Shown piece after piece: positions 8,843-17,988 of a stretch of DNA of 32,000 nt; within the stretch, counting starts at the first letter, position 1; every line of letters begins with the position of its first letter. The DNA is from an uncultured Chloroflexia bacterium. Lineage in GTDB: Bacteria > Chloroflexota > Ktedonobacteria > Ktedonobacterales > JADMIN01. The position numbers were made by a program, and so were the translations under genes. The stretch covers positions 570,001 through 602,000 of the forward strand of contig CAVRAI010000015.1 in assembly GCA_963718915.1 (NCBI GenBank). Reading direction: 5' to 3'. The notes under the pieces are model-generated. The model was given only the letters and a program-made list of their open reading frames with translations, was not told the origin of the DNA and made no database searches.

Positions 8843-10873
8843 CTAGCGCAGGCCGTTCAGGCGGCGCTCGGCATCTTCAATCGAGATGCTGCCAGTGCGC
8901 AACTGCTCCAGGATGGAGCGGCGCTCGGCCTCGCGATCAGCCTGAGACATGCCCGAGAAGCCAAAGTCGTCGCTGGCGTCGTCCTGTTCGATGCGCACGC
9001 GCTGCGCCGACGGGCGCGACCCACCGGATCCACCAGACGGGGCATCGCTGGGCTTGCGGCCTTCCCAGTCGCGCCGCATCGTGCCGAAGGCGTCTTCGAG
9101 GTCGCCCATAGCGCGTTCGATGGTCGAGCGCACCTCGCGTCCAATCGCCTGCCAGTCGGTGTCGCGGGCCTTCTGTGTCGCCTTCTCGGCATAGCGTGCG
9201 GCCTGCTCAGAGGCGCGGCGGGCTACCTGCTCGGCTTTCTCACGTAGCTCGTTCAGCTTGGCCTCATACTCGCCGTAGGTGCGCGGACCATGGCCACGCT
9301 CCCACTCGAAGCCAAAGTCGCGCGAGCCAGCGCCCGCATCCTCGGCGGTCTCGTCTTCGGTATACGGACCCTGGAAGTAGAGTCCAGCGCGATCTGGCCC
9401 GCGATCCACGCGCACGCGGAATTTATGCTTGCCAAAAGCGCCTTCGTAGGTCTTCGTCGAGGGATCATTCTGCCCGTCGCCGCTCTTCTGAGTATCATCG
9501 CTCATCGTATCTGCCCTTTCATATCGGTCTGTGGAGACGATTAAGATATCGCCGCCGCTGCGTAGAGTGACGGTCGCGTCGCCGCGTCCCAACACCCCAA
9601 CCAGATTGCGCCGCCGTCCGCGTTCTACCGTCAGCGGCAATCGTGTCCGAACCTCGCCACCAAGCGCCTGCGCCACAAATTTCGCATTGACCTCGCCTCG
9701 TGTGCGCAGAGTAATATCGCCACCCGCGGAGATGGTATATTCCGCGGCTCCCAGTTCGGTTTCCAGTGTGGCGTCGCCGCCGACCTGGCCGATTAACAGG
9801 CCACCCGGCGCGTGTGTCACTGAGAGATCGCCGCTGACGACATTGACACGAATGCGGCCCTGCACGCGCCGCAATGCGCTATCGCCGCTGACGACGTTGA
9901 CCTCCAGCGGGCCACTGATGGAGTGAATCTCCAGATCGCCGCCAACAACGCCGATGCCAGCCTCCTGCACGTCAACCAGTTTCGCATCGCCACCAACCGC
10001 ATCGGTAAAGACGCCCCCGGCGCAATGCTCGATATGCAGGTCGCCGCCAATCGCGCCATCCAGTATGGCCGAACGGCAACTTTCGATATGGACATCGCCG
10101 CTAACGCCTTCGCGTACCTCCAGTCCCTGTACGTTGCGCACGTCGAGGTCGCCACGCACCCCGCCGAGCAGCGGCGCCCCTGAGAAATCTTCGATACGCG
10201 CATCGCCGCTGGTCTCGCGCACCCGGATGTCATCTCCACGGCTTGCGCGCAGATCGCCACCAATATGGGCAATGCGCAACTGGCTCACACTACCGGTAGT
10301 GACATCGCCACCCACCTGCTCCACCTGGAGCAGACCATCGAAGCGCGAGGCGTGCAGGTCACCGTCCACGCTGCGCACGATCACCTCGAAGCCATCGGGC
10401 GCCCATAACTCAGCGCCATCGGGCAGGCGTCCGATCCGTACGACGCCGTCGTGCTGCACCACGGGATCGTCGGTATCTTCACCATGCGTATCAACCACCA
10501 CTTCGCTGCCACCGCCGCGTACGGAGAAATCGCCTCTGACGACCGCAATCTCGATGCGGCCCACAGGCCCAGATGGCCCGGCAGGCTCAGCGGACCCTGG
10601 CTGAGCCGATTGTTTGCCTGAATCCCCTGTGTCTGTCACTGGCTGCCCTCCGGCGTGCGTACTCTCCATATCTGGTTCGAGTGGAGGTGGCGGAGCGCTT
10701 TGGGCTTCATTGGCTTCATTGGCTTCATTGGCTTCCGCGCTATTGTTTACGCTACCGCCGTCGCTGGGTTGCGCCCCTTGCGCGGACGCCGCAGGTGTCT
10801 GATCTGTCTCCTGGTCCGGCAGTTGGCCTGATGTCTGATCGCCCGCCGGGGCGTCGCCATGCTCTTCGTCCAT
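8843..10873 (-). CDS. DUF4097/Toastrack-type beta-helix repeat protein with acidic N-terminus, coiled-coil region and SHOCT-like C-terminus
   Basis: 676 aa. At least 15 degenerate repeats marked by GGD/SGD (GGDLRAS, SGDVHIE, GGDLHIE, GGDAKLV, GGDLEIH, SGDLSVT, GGDATLE, GGDITLR, GGDILIV..). No TM or signal peptide seen. C-terminal ILEQLRTGSISIEDAERRLNGLR. An in-frame 9-bp repeat at 10703-10735 encodes (ANE)3. Confidence 0.75.
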   Translation of the reverse strand: MDEEHGDAPAGDQTSGQLPDQETDQTPAASAQGAQPSDGGSVNNSAEANEANEANEAQSAPPPPLEPDMESTHAGGQPVTDTGDSGKQSAQPGSAEPAGPSGPVGRIEIAVVRGDFSVRGGGSEVVVDTHGEDTDDPVVQHDGVVRIGRLPDGAELWAPDGFEVIVRSVDGDLHASRFDGLLQVEQVGGDVTTGSVSQLRIAHIGGDLRASRGDDIRVRETSGDARIEDFSGAPLLGGVRGDLDVRNVQGLEVREGVSGDVHIESCRSAILDGAIGGDLHIEHCAGGVFTDAVGGDAKLVDVQEAGIGVVGGDLEIHSISGPLEVNVVSGDSALRRVQGRIRVNVVSGDLSVTHAPGGLLIGQVGGDATLETELGAAEYTISAGGDITLRTRGEVNAKFVAQALGGEVRTRLPLTVERGRRRNLVGVLGRGDATVTLRSGGDILIVSTDRYERADTMSDDTQKSGDGQNDPSTKTYEGAFGKHKFRVRVDRGPDRAGLYFQGPYTEDETAEDAGAGSRDFGFEWERGHGPRTYGEYEAKLNELREKAEQVARRASEQAARYAEKATQKARDTDWQAIGREVRSTIERAMGDLEDAFGTMRRDWEGRKPSDAPSGGSGGSRPSAQRVRIEQDDASDDFGFSGMSQADREAERRSILEQLRTGSISIEDAERRLNGLR

Positions 10874-10970
10874 CGCATCTGCTCCTGGCCCGAGTGGCGC
10901 CGCGGCAGTTGAGCGCCGCCCGCCCCGGATTGCCCATCGGTGTCAACACCGATAGACGCTACTAGCCTTA

Positions 10971-11444
10971 CTAGCCTTCGTCATCATCCTCGTCGCGCAC
11001 CTCCGCGAGCAGGCGGTGAGCCTCCTCGGTGCTGATCTCGCCTGTCGCTAGGCGGCCAAGAATATCGCGGCGGGCGTGACGCGGCGCGGTGGTCATTTTC
11101 TCATCACCGCCAAAGCCCATCGCCTCCAGCACATTGGCCAGGCGCGACTTGACGGTGGGATACGAGATGCCGAGCATATCCTCGACATCCTTGATGGTGC
11201 CTCGGCAGCGCAAAAATACCTCGACGAATTCGAGTTGTTGATCGTTGAGTCGGGCCAGCCGCCCAAAGCGCTCATCGGCTTCGCGCCCGGTAGAGGCCGC
11301 GCCATTGCGACGAGTGGTGGGCTGGCCGGTGAGGGTCAAGGCGCCCTCGAGCGCGCTGCCACAACGATCACAACTCAGGCGTGAGATATACATGGCGTTG
11401 CCACAGACCGGGCACGAGCCATCAACCTCATGTGTATGAACCAT
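10971..11444 (-). CDS. DUF2089-family protein (N-terminal zinc ribbon + HTH) with SHOCT-like C-terminal tail
   Basis: CPVCGNAMYISRLSCDRCGS zinc ribbon. LNDQQLEFVEVFLRCRGTIKDVEDMLGISYPTVKSRL is the DUF2089 HTH core. Tail is ILGRLATGEISTEEAHRLLAEV. Confidence 0.8.
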   Translation of the reverse strand: MVHTHEVDGSCPVCGNAMYISRLSCDRCGSALEGALTLTGQPTTRRNGAASTGREADERFGRLARLNDQQLEFVEVFLRCRGTIKDVEDMLGISYPTVKSRLANVLEAMGFGGDEKMTTAPRHARRDILGRLATGEISTEEAHRLLAEVRDEDDDEG

Positions 11445-11539
11445 TGGCGAATCAGTCCTCCTCGCGCCTGACGAGCGCCCCGCGAGCTACGTTCGGAAAA
11501 TCGCACGCTCGCGGTAACAAGAGCAGCGCTGTCCGGGCG

Positions 11540-11640
11540 TTTCTCGTGTTGTATCTCACTGTAGCATTGAATCCAAAGAAAGTCAATATCATCTTCAACA
11601 AAATTAATAGTGAATTAACATGTTTGATGTGGATGGAGTG
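11540..11640. promoter_or_regulatory. AT-rich divergent intergenic/promoter region
   Basis: A sharp local GC drop (..ttgaatccaaagaaagtcaatatcatcttcaacaaaattaatagtgaattaacatg..) between the minus-strand DUF2089 operon and the plus-strand 11888 gene. Candidate TTCAAC-16nt-TAACAT on the plus strand; not verified. Confidence 0.3.
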
Positions 11641-11887
11641 TCACTCCTGTGGATAGGCGGCGGACATGCTGGAGGAGAACTCGTTGCTGGTCGCTCGTCA
11701 CGAGGGCAGAAATGGGCTGGCCCGAAAGCGCCATCGCGACGAGCAGCGCTTTTGGAGGGGGAGATGGTATTATCTGTGGCCGTTTGTCGTGCGGTTCGTC
11801 TTAACTGCTGTGACCAGGGTGGCGCCTGGCACATGCGGCTCCCACTGGGAACTCGCAGACTCACGCCACAGTTTAAGAGGAGACGGC

Positions 11888-12262
11888 ATGAGAACAGCAG
11901 CCCGTAAAACGGAACTCTCGCCGCTCGAAGCAATCGTTGTCGAGGGCACGCTGGGTGACGAGGCGCGCAGGAATGCGCAGAACGGCACCCTCGCTCGCAT
12001 TCAGCATCTCACCCGTGAGCGCCAGAAACTCTACGCCCGGTCGGTCGGCCGTCCCATGCTTGGGCCAGCCAACGCCGCGCGCATTCGTGCCATCAGCGTC
12101 GAGATCGAGATGCTGTGGGAGTTGCTGCGCCGCGAGCGCGCCATCCGGCGGGTTCAGATCGAGCGCGCCCTCAACGTTGTCAGCGAAGACGGCGACGACG
12201 ACGAACATCAACGGGCAAGCGATAGTTCCAGGGAATCGACGGATTCCACCGACGCAGCCTGA
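11888..12262 (+). CDS. Hypothetical protein, DUF2630-like
   Basis: ATG 11888 follows AAGAGGAG. ARIQHLTRERQKLYA..RIRAISVEIEMLWELLRRERA resembles the DUF2630 pattern (I.eL..E...L ... Rl..leveLdqcWDLLRqRrA), recalled from memory. Acidic tail. Confidence 0.55.
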   Translation: MRTAARKTELSPLEAIVVEGTLGDEARRNAQNGTLARIQHLTRERQKLYARSVGRPMLGPANAARIRAISVEIEMLWELLRRERAIRRVQIERALNVVSEDGDDDEHQRASDSSRESTDSTDAA

Positions 12263-12448
12263 TCGCGCATGTGATTCGCAGGTGATCGCTCGCGTCAACC
12301 CCACACCGGCAGGCCCGCAGCCTCCTGAAGCGCGTATTTTTGCGCGTCGTCATGAGCGTGTTGCGGGTGGGCCGGTGTCCTGTTTTCCCAGCGATGGCGG
12401 CTAGTGCTATGATGAGATGGAGATAGCGCTATCTGGAGAGGTCGCCCT

Positions 12449-13063
12449 ATGCCACGCATCCTGGAATCGACGGAGACGGCGGAACTTGACGATTCATCGG
12501 CGGCAGGCGCCGCCAGCGGCAGGGGAACGCTGCACTACATTATCCTGGGGCTGCTCGGCGCGCACCCCATGTCCGGCTATGACATCAAACGCGCCTTTGA
12601 CCGCTCGCTGGCAACCTATTGGAATGCGGGGAATAGCCAGATTTATACGACGCTCAAGACGCTCGCCGCGCGCAAACTGGTCTCCTCGGAGGTTATCCAG
12701 CAGGAGGGGCGTCCCAATCGGCGTGTCTACTCGCTCACTCCGGCGGGACGCGCGGCGCTGGATGCCTGGCTGGCGGAGCCGGTGCCGTCGCGCTTTACCA
12801 AGGATGAGTTCCTGACGCGGCTCTTCTTCTGCGGCCAGACGTCAGACGCGATTGCGCTGCGCCATCTGGAGGAACATGAGGAGGCGCTCCACGCGCAACT
12901 GGCCGATATGGAGCGGGCGCTGCGTGACTATGGCGACCGCCCCACCCGTCGCCCGCGCCTGCTGCACTATCAGATGCTTGTTCGCGAGTACAAACAGGCG
13001 CTGCTCCAGACTGACCTGGAGGTCACTCGTTCGGCCATTGCCCACCTGCGTCAGGGGCGCTAG
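12449..13063 (+). CDS. PadR family transcriptional regulator
   Basis: LHYIILGLLGAHPMSGYDIKRAFDRSLATYWNAGNSQIYTTLKTLAARKLV..RRVYSLTPAGRAALDAWL is a PadR winged HTH, followed by a C-terminal helical domain. Confidence 0.85.
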   Translation: MPRILESTETAELDDSSAAGAASGRGTLHYIILGLLGAHPMSGYDIKRAFDRSLATYWNAGNSQIYTTLKTLAARKLVSSEVIQQEGRPNRRVYSLTPAGRAALDAWLAEPVPSRFTKDEFLTRLFFCGQTSDAIALRHLEEHEEALHAQLADMERALRDYGDRPTRRPRLLHYQMLVREYKQALLQTDLEVTRSAIAHLRQGR

Positions 13064-13461
13064 CTCCAGTCGATGGGGAGATCCGGACGCGGGCGATACT
13101 GCTCTTCTTGGCGCGTCTCCCTGTCGATATCCCCCGCGGAGTCCTGGTTCGCCTGTTCACGGCCACTGCTATTCAGGCGGTCGAGCATCGTCTCGAAGGT
13201 GTCCGCGTCGATCTCGCCGCTTGCATACCTCTGGCGCAGCGTTTCCAGCGCCGACGCGGATCCTCCGGGTGCGGCGGGCAGCCAGCCGCCGAGCCGGTCG
13301 AAGAAATTGTGGCGGGCAGACCAGAGCAAGAGCGCCAGCACGGCCAGCACTGGCAGCACAAATAACAGCAGTGGCAGCGCCAGCGAGGCAAGCCCCAGGC
13401 CGCCTCCATGCCAGACGCCAAATGCATCGGGAGGGTGGTGGAAAAAGTGATACGGGCGCAT
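13060..13461 (-). CDS. SHOCT-domain membrane protein
   Basis: One TM (LGLASLALPLLLFVLPVLAVLALLLW), then the SHOCT motif LETLRQRYASGEIDADTFETMLDRL. Start at ATG 13461 after GAGGAG. The stop overlaps the PadR stop (CTAG at 13060-13063). Confidence 0.7.
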   Translation of the reverse strand: MRPYHFFHHPPDAFGVWHGGGLGLASLALPLLLFVLPVLAVLALLLWSARHNFFDRLGGWLPAAPGGSASALETLRQRYASGEIDADTFETMLDRLNSSGREQANQDSAGDIDRETRQEEQYRPRPDLPIDWS

Positions 13462-13608
13462 GTGTTCGTTAGGCTCCTCTCGACTCAGAGGGTTCCTACG
13501 CGCCACCTCTCGCTGAGTCGTCCGTGAGGCGGTCGTGGCTGGAACGTATCACCCAAATATTGAAAAACCATGAGAATCGCATAGTGGCGCGCTCATTCCT
13601 CCGGGCGC

Positions 13609-15096
13609 TCAGGCGTGCTGCTCCGCCTCATGTGTGGTATCGGCTGTGGTGGCGTTGGCGTCAGGCTCAGTCGTGCCGGTGGGGCGGTCGGTAGGCGTGA
13701 TCGCGGGAATCAGCAGGATGGCGGTGGTACCTTCGCCCGGCGCGCTTTCCAGGTCTAGCGAGCCGTTGTGCAGCGCGAGGATGCCACGTACTACCGAGAG
13801 TCCGAGGCCAGCGCCCCCAGCGGCGCGTGCGCGCGCTTTGTCGGGCCGATAGAACCGCTGACCCAGCAGCGGCAGATGTTCGGCGGCGATGCCAGGGCCA
13901 GTATCGTGGACGGCGAGCGTTGCCAGGTCGCCCTCATGGCTGGTGGAAAGCGAGATCTCGCTGCCACTGCCAGCGTATTTGAGCGCGTTGTCTACCAGCG
14001 CGAGCGTCGCCTGCGCCAGCAGTTGCGGATCCCCAAGCACTGCGACGCTCGTAAGTGCGCCCAGCCGGACAGTGATGCCGTGCTCACGGGCCAGCGCGTC
14101 TACACGGTGGGCGGCGTTGGTGGCGATAGTCGCCAGATCGACGACATCGGATTCCAGACGCATCGAGCCGCTATCGAGCCGAGCCAGCGTGAGCAGATTG
14201 TTGGCGATGGCGGAGAGATGCTCGGTCTCGACGACGATATCTTCGAGCAGCGCGGCATCGTCGGGGTCAAGCCGGGCGCGTCCGCGCAGCAGCACCTCCG
14301 CATCGGCGCGCAGCAAGGTCAGGGGCGTGCGCAACTCGTGCGAGGCGTCGGCAATAAAGGTCTGCTGGCGCTCGAAAGCCAGCCGCGCCGGGACAAGCGC
14401 GCGCTCAGCCAGGAAGAATCCGCCGAGTGTCGCGCCAAGTAGCTCCAGCGGGCCGAGGATGAGCAGCAACGTCAGCAAGGCATGCATCGCGTCGAGCTGG
14501 CCGCCAACCAGCACACCCACTTGAACGACGCCGAGTATTTGATGTGTATCAGGATCGCGCACCACCAGCGCATAGCGGCTGATCGCGCCAAGATCGTAGC
14601 CACCATTCGTGCTGCCGCCATCGACCACGTCACTGGCGGATGTGTCGTGGAGTGCGTTCCGTGCCAGCGATGTATCGAGGAAACCGGGCGCTTGATTGAC
14701 CAGACCCTGAAAGCCGGGGAACAAGTTTGCTGTGCCATCATAACACGCGACGAAGAGAACTCCGCCACCGCCGTCGCCCGGGCGGCTGCGCGCAGTGAAA
14801 CAGGGCTGCAGGCCAGTCTGTTGCCATCTGGCCGCATAGTCACTGGCGACGCTTGCCAGACCGCTATTGACTGGCCCCATCACCGTCTGCCACATGCTGA
14901 AGTAGAGCAGCCCGCTCGCCACCAGCAGCACGACCGCCAGCACGGAGGCGTACAGGAGTGTCAGCCGCAGGCGTATGCGCCGGTACATCGCGGCTGATGG
15001 GTCGGTGGATGTCTTGCGCCGACCGGACGAAAGCCGGTCGCGTAGCGCGTCGTAGCCCGCCATGATGCGTTGTGACAAAGGGTGTTGCGAGAGCAT
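13609..15096 (-). CDS. Sensor histidine kinase (HisKA + HATPase_c), two TM helices flanking an extracytoplasmic domain
   Basis: H-box FIADASHELRTPLT, N-box LVDNALKY, G1 VHDTGPGI, G2 GGAGLGLSV. ATG 15096 sits 1 nt downstream of the response-regulator stop codon (15098-15100). Confidence 0.85.
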   Translation of the reverse strand: MLSQHPLSQRIMAGYDALRDRLSSGRRKTSTDPSAAMYRRIRLRLTLLYASVLAVVLLVASGLLYFSMWQTVMGPVNSGLASVASDYAARWQQTGLQPCFTARSRPGDGGGGVLFVACYDGTANLFPGFQGLVNQAPGFLDTSLARNALHDTSASDVVDGGSTNGGYDLGAISRYALVVRDPDTHQILGVVQVGVLVGGQLDAMHALLTLLLILGPLELLGATLGGFFLAERALVPARLAFERQQTFIADASHELRTPLTLLRADAEVLLRGRARLDPDDAALLEDIVVETEHLSAIANNLLTLARLDSGSMRLESDVVDLATIATNAAHRVDALAREHGITVRLGALTSVAVLGDPQLLAQATLALVDNALKYAGSGSEISLSTSHEGDLATLAVHDTGPGIAAEHLPLLGQRFYRPDKARARAAGGAGLGLSVVRGILALHNGSLDLESAPGEGTTAILLIPAITPTDRPTGTTEPDANATTADTTHEAEQHA

Positions 15097-15097
15097 G

Positions 15098-15772
15098 TCA
15101 CGGTTCAATCTTGTAGCCAACCCCACGCATCGTCTTGAGCATGGGGTGCGAGAATCCGCGGTCGATCTTATCGCGAAGATAGTGAACATATATGTCTACC
15201 ACGTTCGAGAGCGCCTCGCTATCGTACTGCCAGACGTGATCGATGATCTGCGTTCGCGTCAGCACCTGACCAGGATGCCGCATAAGATATTCCAGCAGGG
15301 CGAATTCCTTGGCGGTCAGCTCGATCATCTTGCCGTCGCGGGTCGCCTCGCGTCGCATGAGGTCGAGCGAGAGATTGCCCACCTGAAGCGCCTTGACCTC
15401 GTTGATGGCGCGGCCCCGACGCAGAAGCGCATCCACCCGCGCCAGCAGCTCTTCCATCGCGAACGGCTTGACCAGATAGTCGTCGGCGCCCATGCGCAGC
15501 CCCGCCACGCGGTCTTCCACCGCGCCACGCGCCGTCAGCATCAGGATGACCGAGGAGATGTGCTGTGCCCGCACCTCGCGGCAGATATCCAGCCCATTAT
15601 ATTCGCCGGGCAGCATCAGATCGAGGATAATCAGGTCGTAGGTGCCACGCAGCGCCAGATACAGGCCGTTGTCGCCATCGTTCGCCACATCCACCACATG
15701 GCGCTCTTCGCCGAGGACACGCGCCACCAGCCGCGCCAATCGCTGCTCGTCTTCCACCACAAGAATATGCAT
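15098..15772 (-). CDS. OmpR-family response regulator
   Basis: MHILVVEDE, DLIILDLMLPG (phospho-acceptor Asp), LMLTARG, and the winged-helix KEFALLEYLMRHPGQVLTRTQIIDHVW..RGVGYKIEP. Confidence 0.9.
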   Translation of the reverse strand: MHILVVEDEQRLARLVARVLGEERHVVDVANDGDNGLYLALRGTYDLIILDLMLPGEYNGLDICREVRAQHISSVILMLTARGAVEDRVAGLRMGADDYLVKPFAMEELLARVDALLRRGRAINEVKALQVGNLSLDLMRREATRDGKMIELTAKEFALLEYLMRHPGQVLTRTQIIDHVWQYDSEALSNVVDIYVHYLRDKIDRGFSHPMLKTMRGVGYKIEP

Positions 15773-15987
15773 CTGCACTATCCAATATCCATGCGCCATG
15801 CGCTCCGTTCCCGGAGGGCGGCATCAATCGATCCCACACGATTCGCATACGTGGTCTGGATAGACTATAGCGCGCGAAGATTGGAGCAAGATTGAAAACA
15901 GGTAACACCGCTGGCATGGGTAGCGCGCATAGCAAACAAAAAAGCGGTGTGGAAACTCTGTGGTAAGCGCTGGGGGCCTGGTTGCGA

Positions 15988-16524
15988 TTACAGATAGCAG
16001 GGCGGGCTGCTGCCCCGGCGGCGTAGCTCGTCGCGGGCAATGGCCTCACGCGCCAGGCTCCAGAGCAGTTGGGCGGTAGGCGTGGTCACGGGATAGCCTT
16101 CCTCGTAGAGGAGCCGATGCGCCAGGTCGCGCGTTACGTGTGGGCCGATCAGCGCCACGAAGCTACGATCACGCAGGCCTAGCGCCTCGACGCGCTCCAG
16201 CAGCGCGGTCGCCGCCGCCAGTTCGTGCTCGTCATCGGCGGCCAGCCAGACCAGCACGACCTCGGCATCGGTCTGGACTGCCTGGCGCAATCCTTCTTCA
16301 GTCGTTGGGGCATGCGGCAACACCCGTATCTCCACGATGCTCGTGAAGCGCTCCATCAGCGCCACGATCTCACTGGTATGGGTATCTGCCAATGCCAGCA
16401 GGCATACTGTCATGCGACGGCCAAGCTGCCAGCGGAGCAGCCCATCGATGGCGTTGCGCTCACTCGCAGTGAGTGGCGCTGTCGCTGAGGTATTCGGTGT
16501 ATCTGTATCAGGCGAGTCGTGCAT
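15988..16524 (-). CDS. Hypothetical protein, B12-binding-domain-like (Rossmann-like) fold; start uncertain (16524 or 16581)
   Basis: RMTVCLLALADTHTSEIVALMERF..VEIRVL..EEGLRQAVQTDAEVVLVWLA..LLERVEALGLRDRSFVALIGPHV follows the beta-alpha pattern of cobalamin-binding domains. DTHTSE (16369-16386) sits where DxHxxG would be. Immediately downstream of hemL on the same strand. Confidence 0.45.
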   Translation of the reverse strand: MHDSPDTDTPNTSATAPLTASERNAIDGLLRWQLGRRMTVCLLALADTHTSEIVALMERFTSIVEIRVLPHAPTTEEGLRQAVQTDAEVVLVWLAADDEHELAAATALLERVEALGLRDRSFVALIGPHVTRDLAHRLLYEEGYPVTTPTAQLLWSLAREAIARDELRRRGSSPPCYL

Positions 16525-16675
16525 CAGGCTCCCGCGATTCATCACTATTTGTGCTAGCGGCCTAACGCCAGTATATATCATGCCGTGAGCATGTCATGCT
16601 GATGTGCGCCACTGTGCCATGGTCTGCAGCCCGCGCAGGCGGGCTTCGCGGCCGACAGGCCCATTAGGCGCGGCT

Positions 16676-17988
16676 TCAGCCGCCAGCCGTCTCCGCCAAC
16701 TCCCCCATCGTGGCCGCCGCCTTACTGATCGTGTCAGTGATATCGGCATCGGTGTGAGCGCTGCTCATAAACGCCGCCTCGAACTGGCTGGGCGCGAAGT
16801 AGACGCCCTGATCGAGCATCGAGTGGAAGAAGCGCGCGTATCGCTGGGTATCGGCGTACTGGCGGGCGGTCGCGTAATCAGTGATCGCCGCGCCTGGCTG
16901 TTGAGGAAGTAGAAGCCGAACATCGTGCCCGCCTGCCCGCTCTGTAGCGGTATTCCGGCGGCATCCGCGCTGGCCTGGATGCCGGTGGCAAGTCGAGCCG
17001 TCTGTTCTGCCGCAGCCTCAAAGACACCCGGTTCGAGCCAGGCGTTTAGCGTGGCGAGGCCCGCCGTCATCGCCAGTGGATTGCCGGAGAGCGTCCCTGC
17101 CTGATACATCGGCCCGGCGGGGGCCACCTGTCGCATGATCTCGCGCTTGCCAGCATACGCGCCGACCGGCAGCCCGCCGCCAATCACCTTGCCGAGGCAG
17201 GTGATGTCAGGATCGAGTCCCCAGGCGCCTTGTGCGCCACCGGGCGCAACACGGAAGCCGGTCATGACTTCATCGAGTATGAGGAGCGCGCCACGGTTCC
17301 GACATAACTCCTGGAGCTGCTGTAAGAAGCCCGGCTCAGGCAGGACGAAGCCCATATTCGCCGCGATTGGCTCGACGATGACGGCGGCAATCATGTCTGG
17401 GTAGAGCGCGAACAACTCCTCTATCCCGGCGCGGTCGTTGTATTCCGCCGTCAGCGTGTTGGCGACAGCAGCCGCCGGAACTCCAGGCGAATCGGGCAGT
17501 CCAAGTGTCGCGACACCGCTGCCCGCCTGTACCAGCAGCATATCGGCGTGGCCATGGTAGCAGCCGGCGAACTTCACGATTTTGTCGCGTCCGGTGGCGG
17601 CGCGCGCCAGCCGAAGCGCGCTCATCGTGGCTTCGGTGCCGCTATTGACGAAGCGGACCATCTCAACCGACGGCACGGTGGCGATAATCCGCTCGGCGAG
17701 TTCGCTTTCCAAGGCGGTTGGCGCGCCATAGCTCGTGCCGCGTTGTAGCGCATCCGTCAGCGCGGCGACGACGGCGGGGTGAGCGTGTCCCAGCGCCAGT
17801 GGTCCCCATGAGAGCACGTAGTCCAGATAGCGGTTGCCGTCCACATCGGTCATCCATGCGCCACTGCCTGAAGCGATGAAGCGCGGGGCGCCGCCGACGC
17901 CACGAAACGCGCGCACGGGACTGTTCACGCCGCCGGGGATCACTTGCTGCGCCTCGGCAAAGAGCCGGGCCGATTCGCTGGTATTCAT
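16676..17988 (-). CDS. hemL: Glutamate-1-semialdehyde 2,1-aminomutase (HemL/GsaM), frame-disrupted near 16888-16893 in this sequence
   Basis: The N-terminal 375 aa are classic HemL (PLP Lys in [17 protein letters not shown]; [10 protein letters not shown]). After LNSQ the annotated frame becomes junk ([13 protein letters not shown].., stop 16765). The -1 frame reads [55 protein letters not shown].. to stop 16676-16678. Span is 1313 nt, i.e. 438 codons minus 1 nt. Confidence 0.9.

Noticed and set aside
8537-9247. 236-aa plus-strand ORF
   Set aside because: It starts in the intergenic region and then runs antisense to the Toastrack gene. No motifs, Arg/Ala-rich.
15062-15895. 277-aa plus-strand ORF
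   Set aside because: Antisense to the OmpR-type response regulator, which has all receiver and winged-helix motifs.
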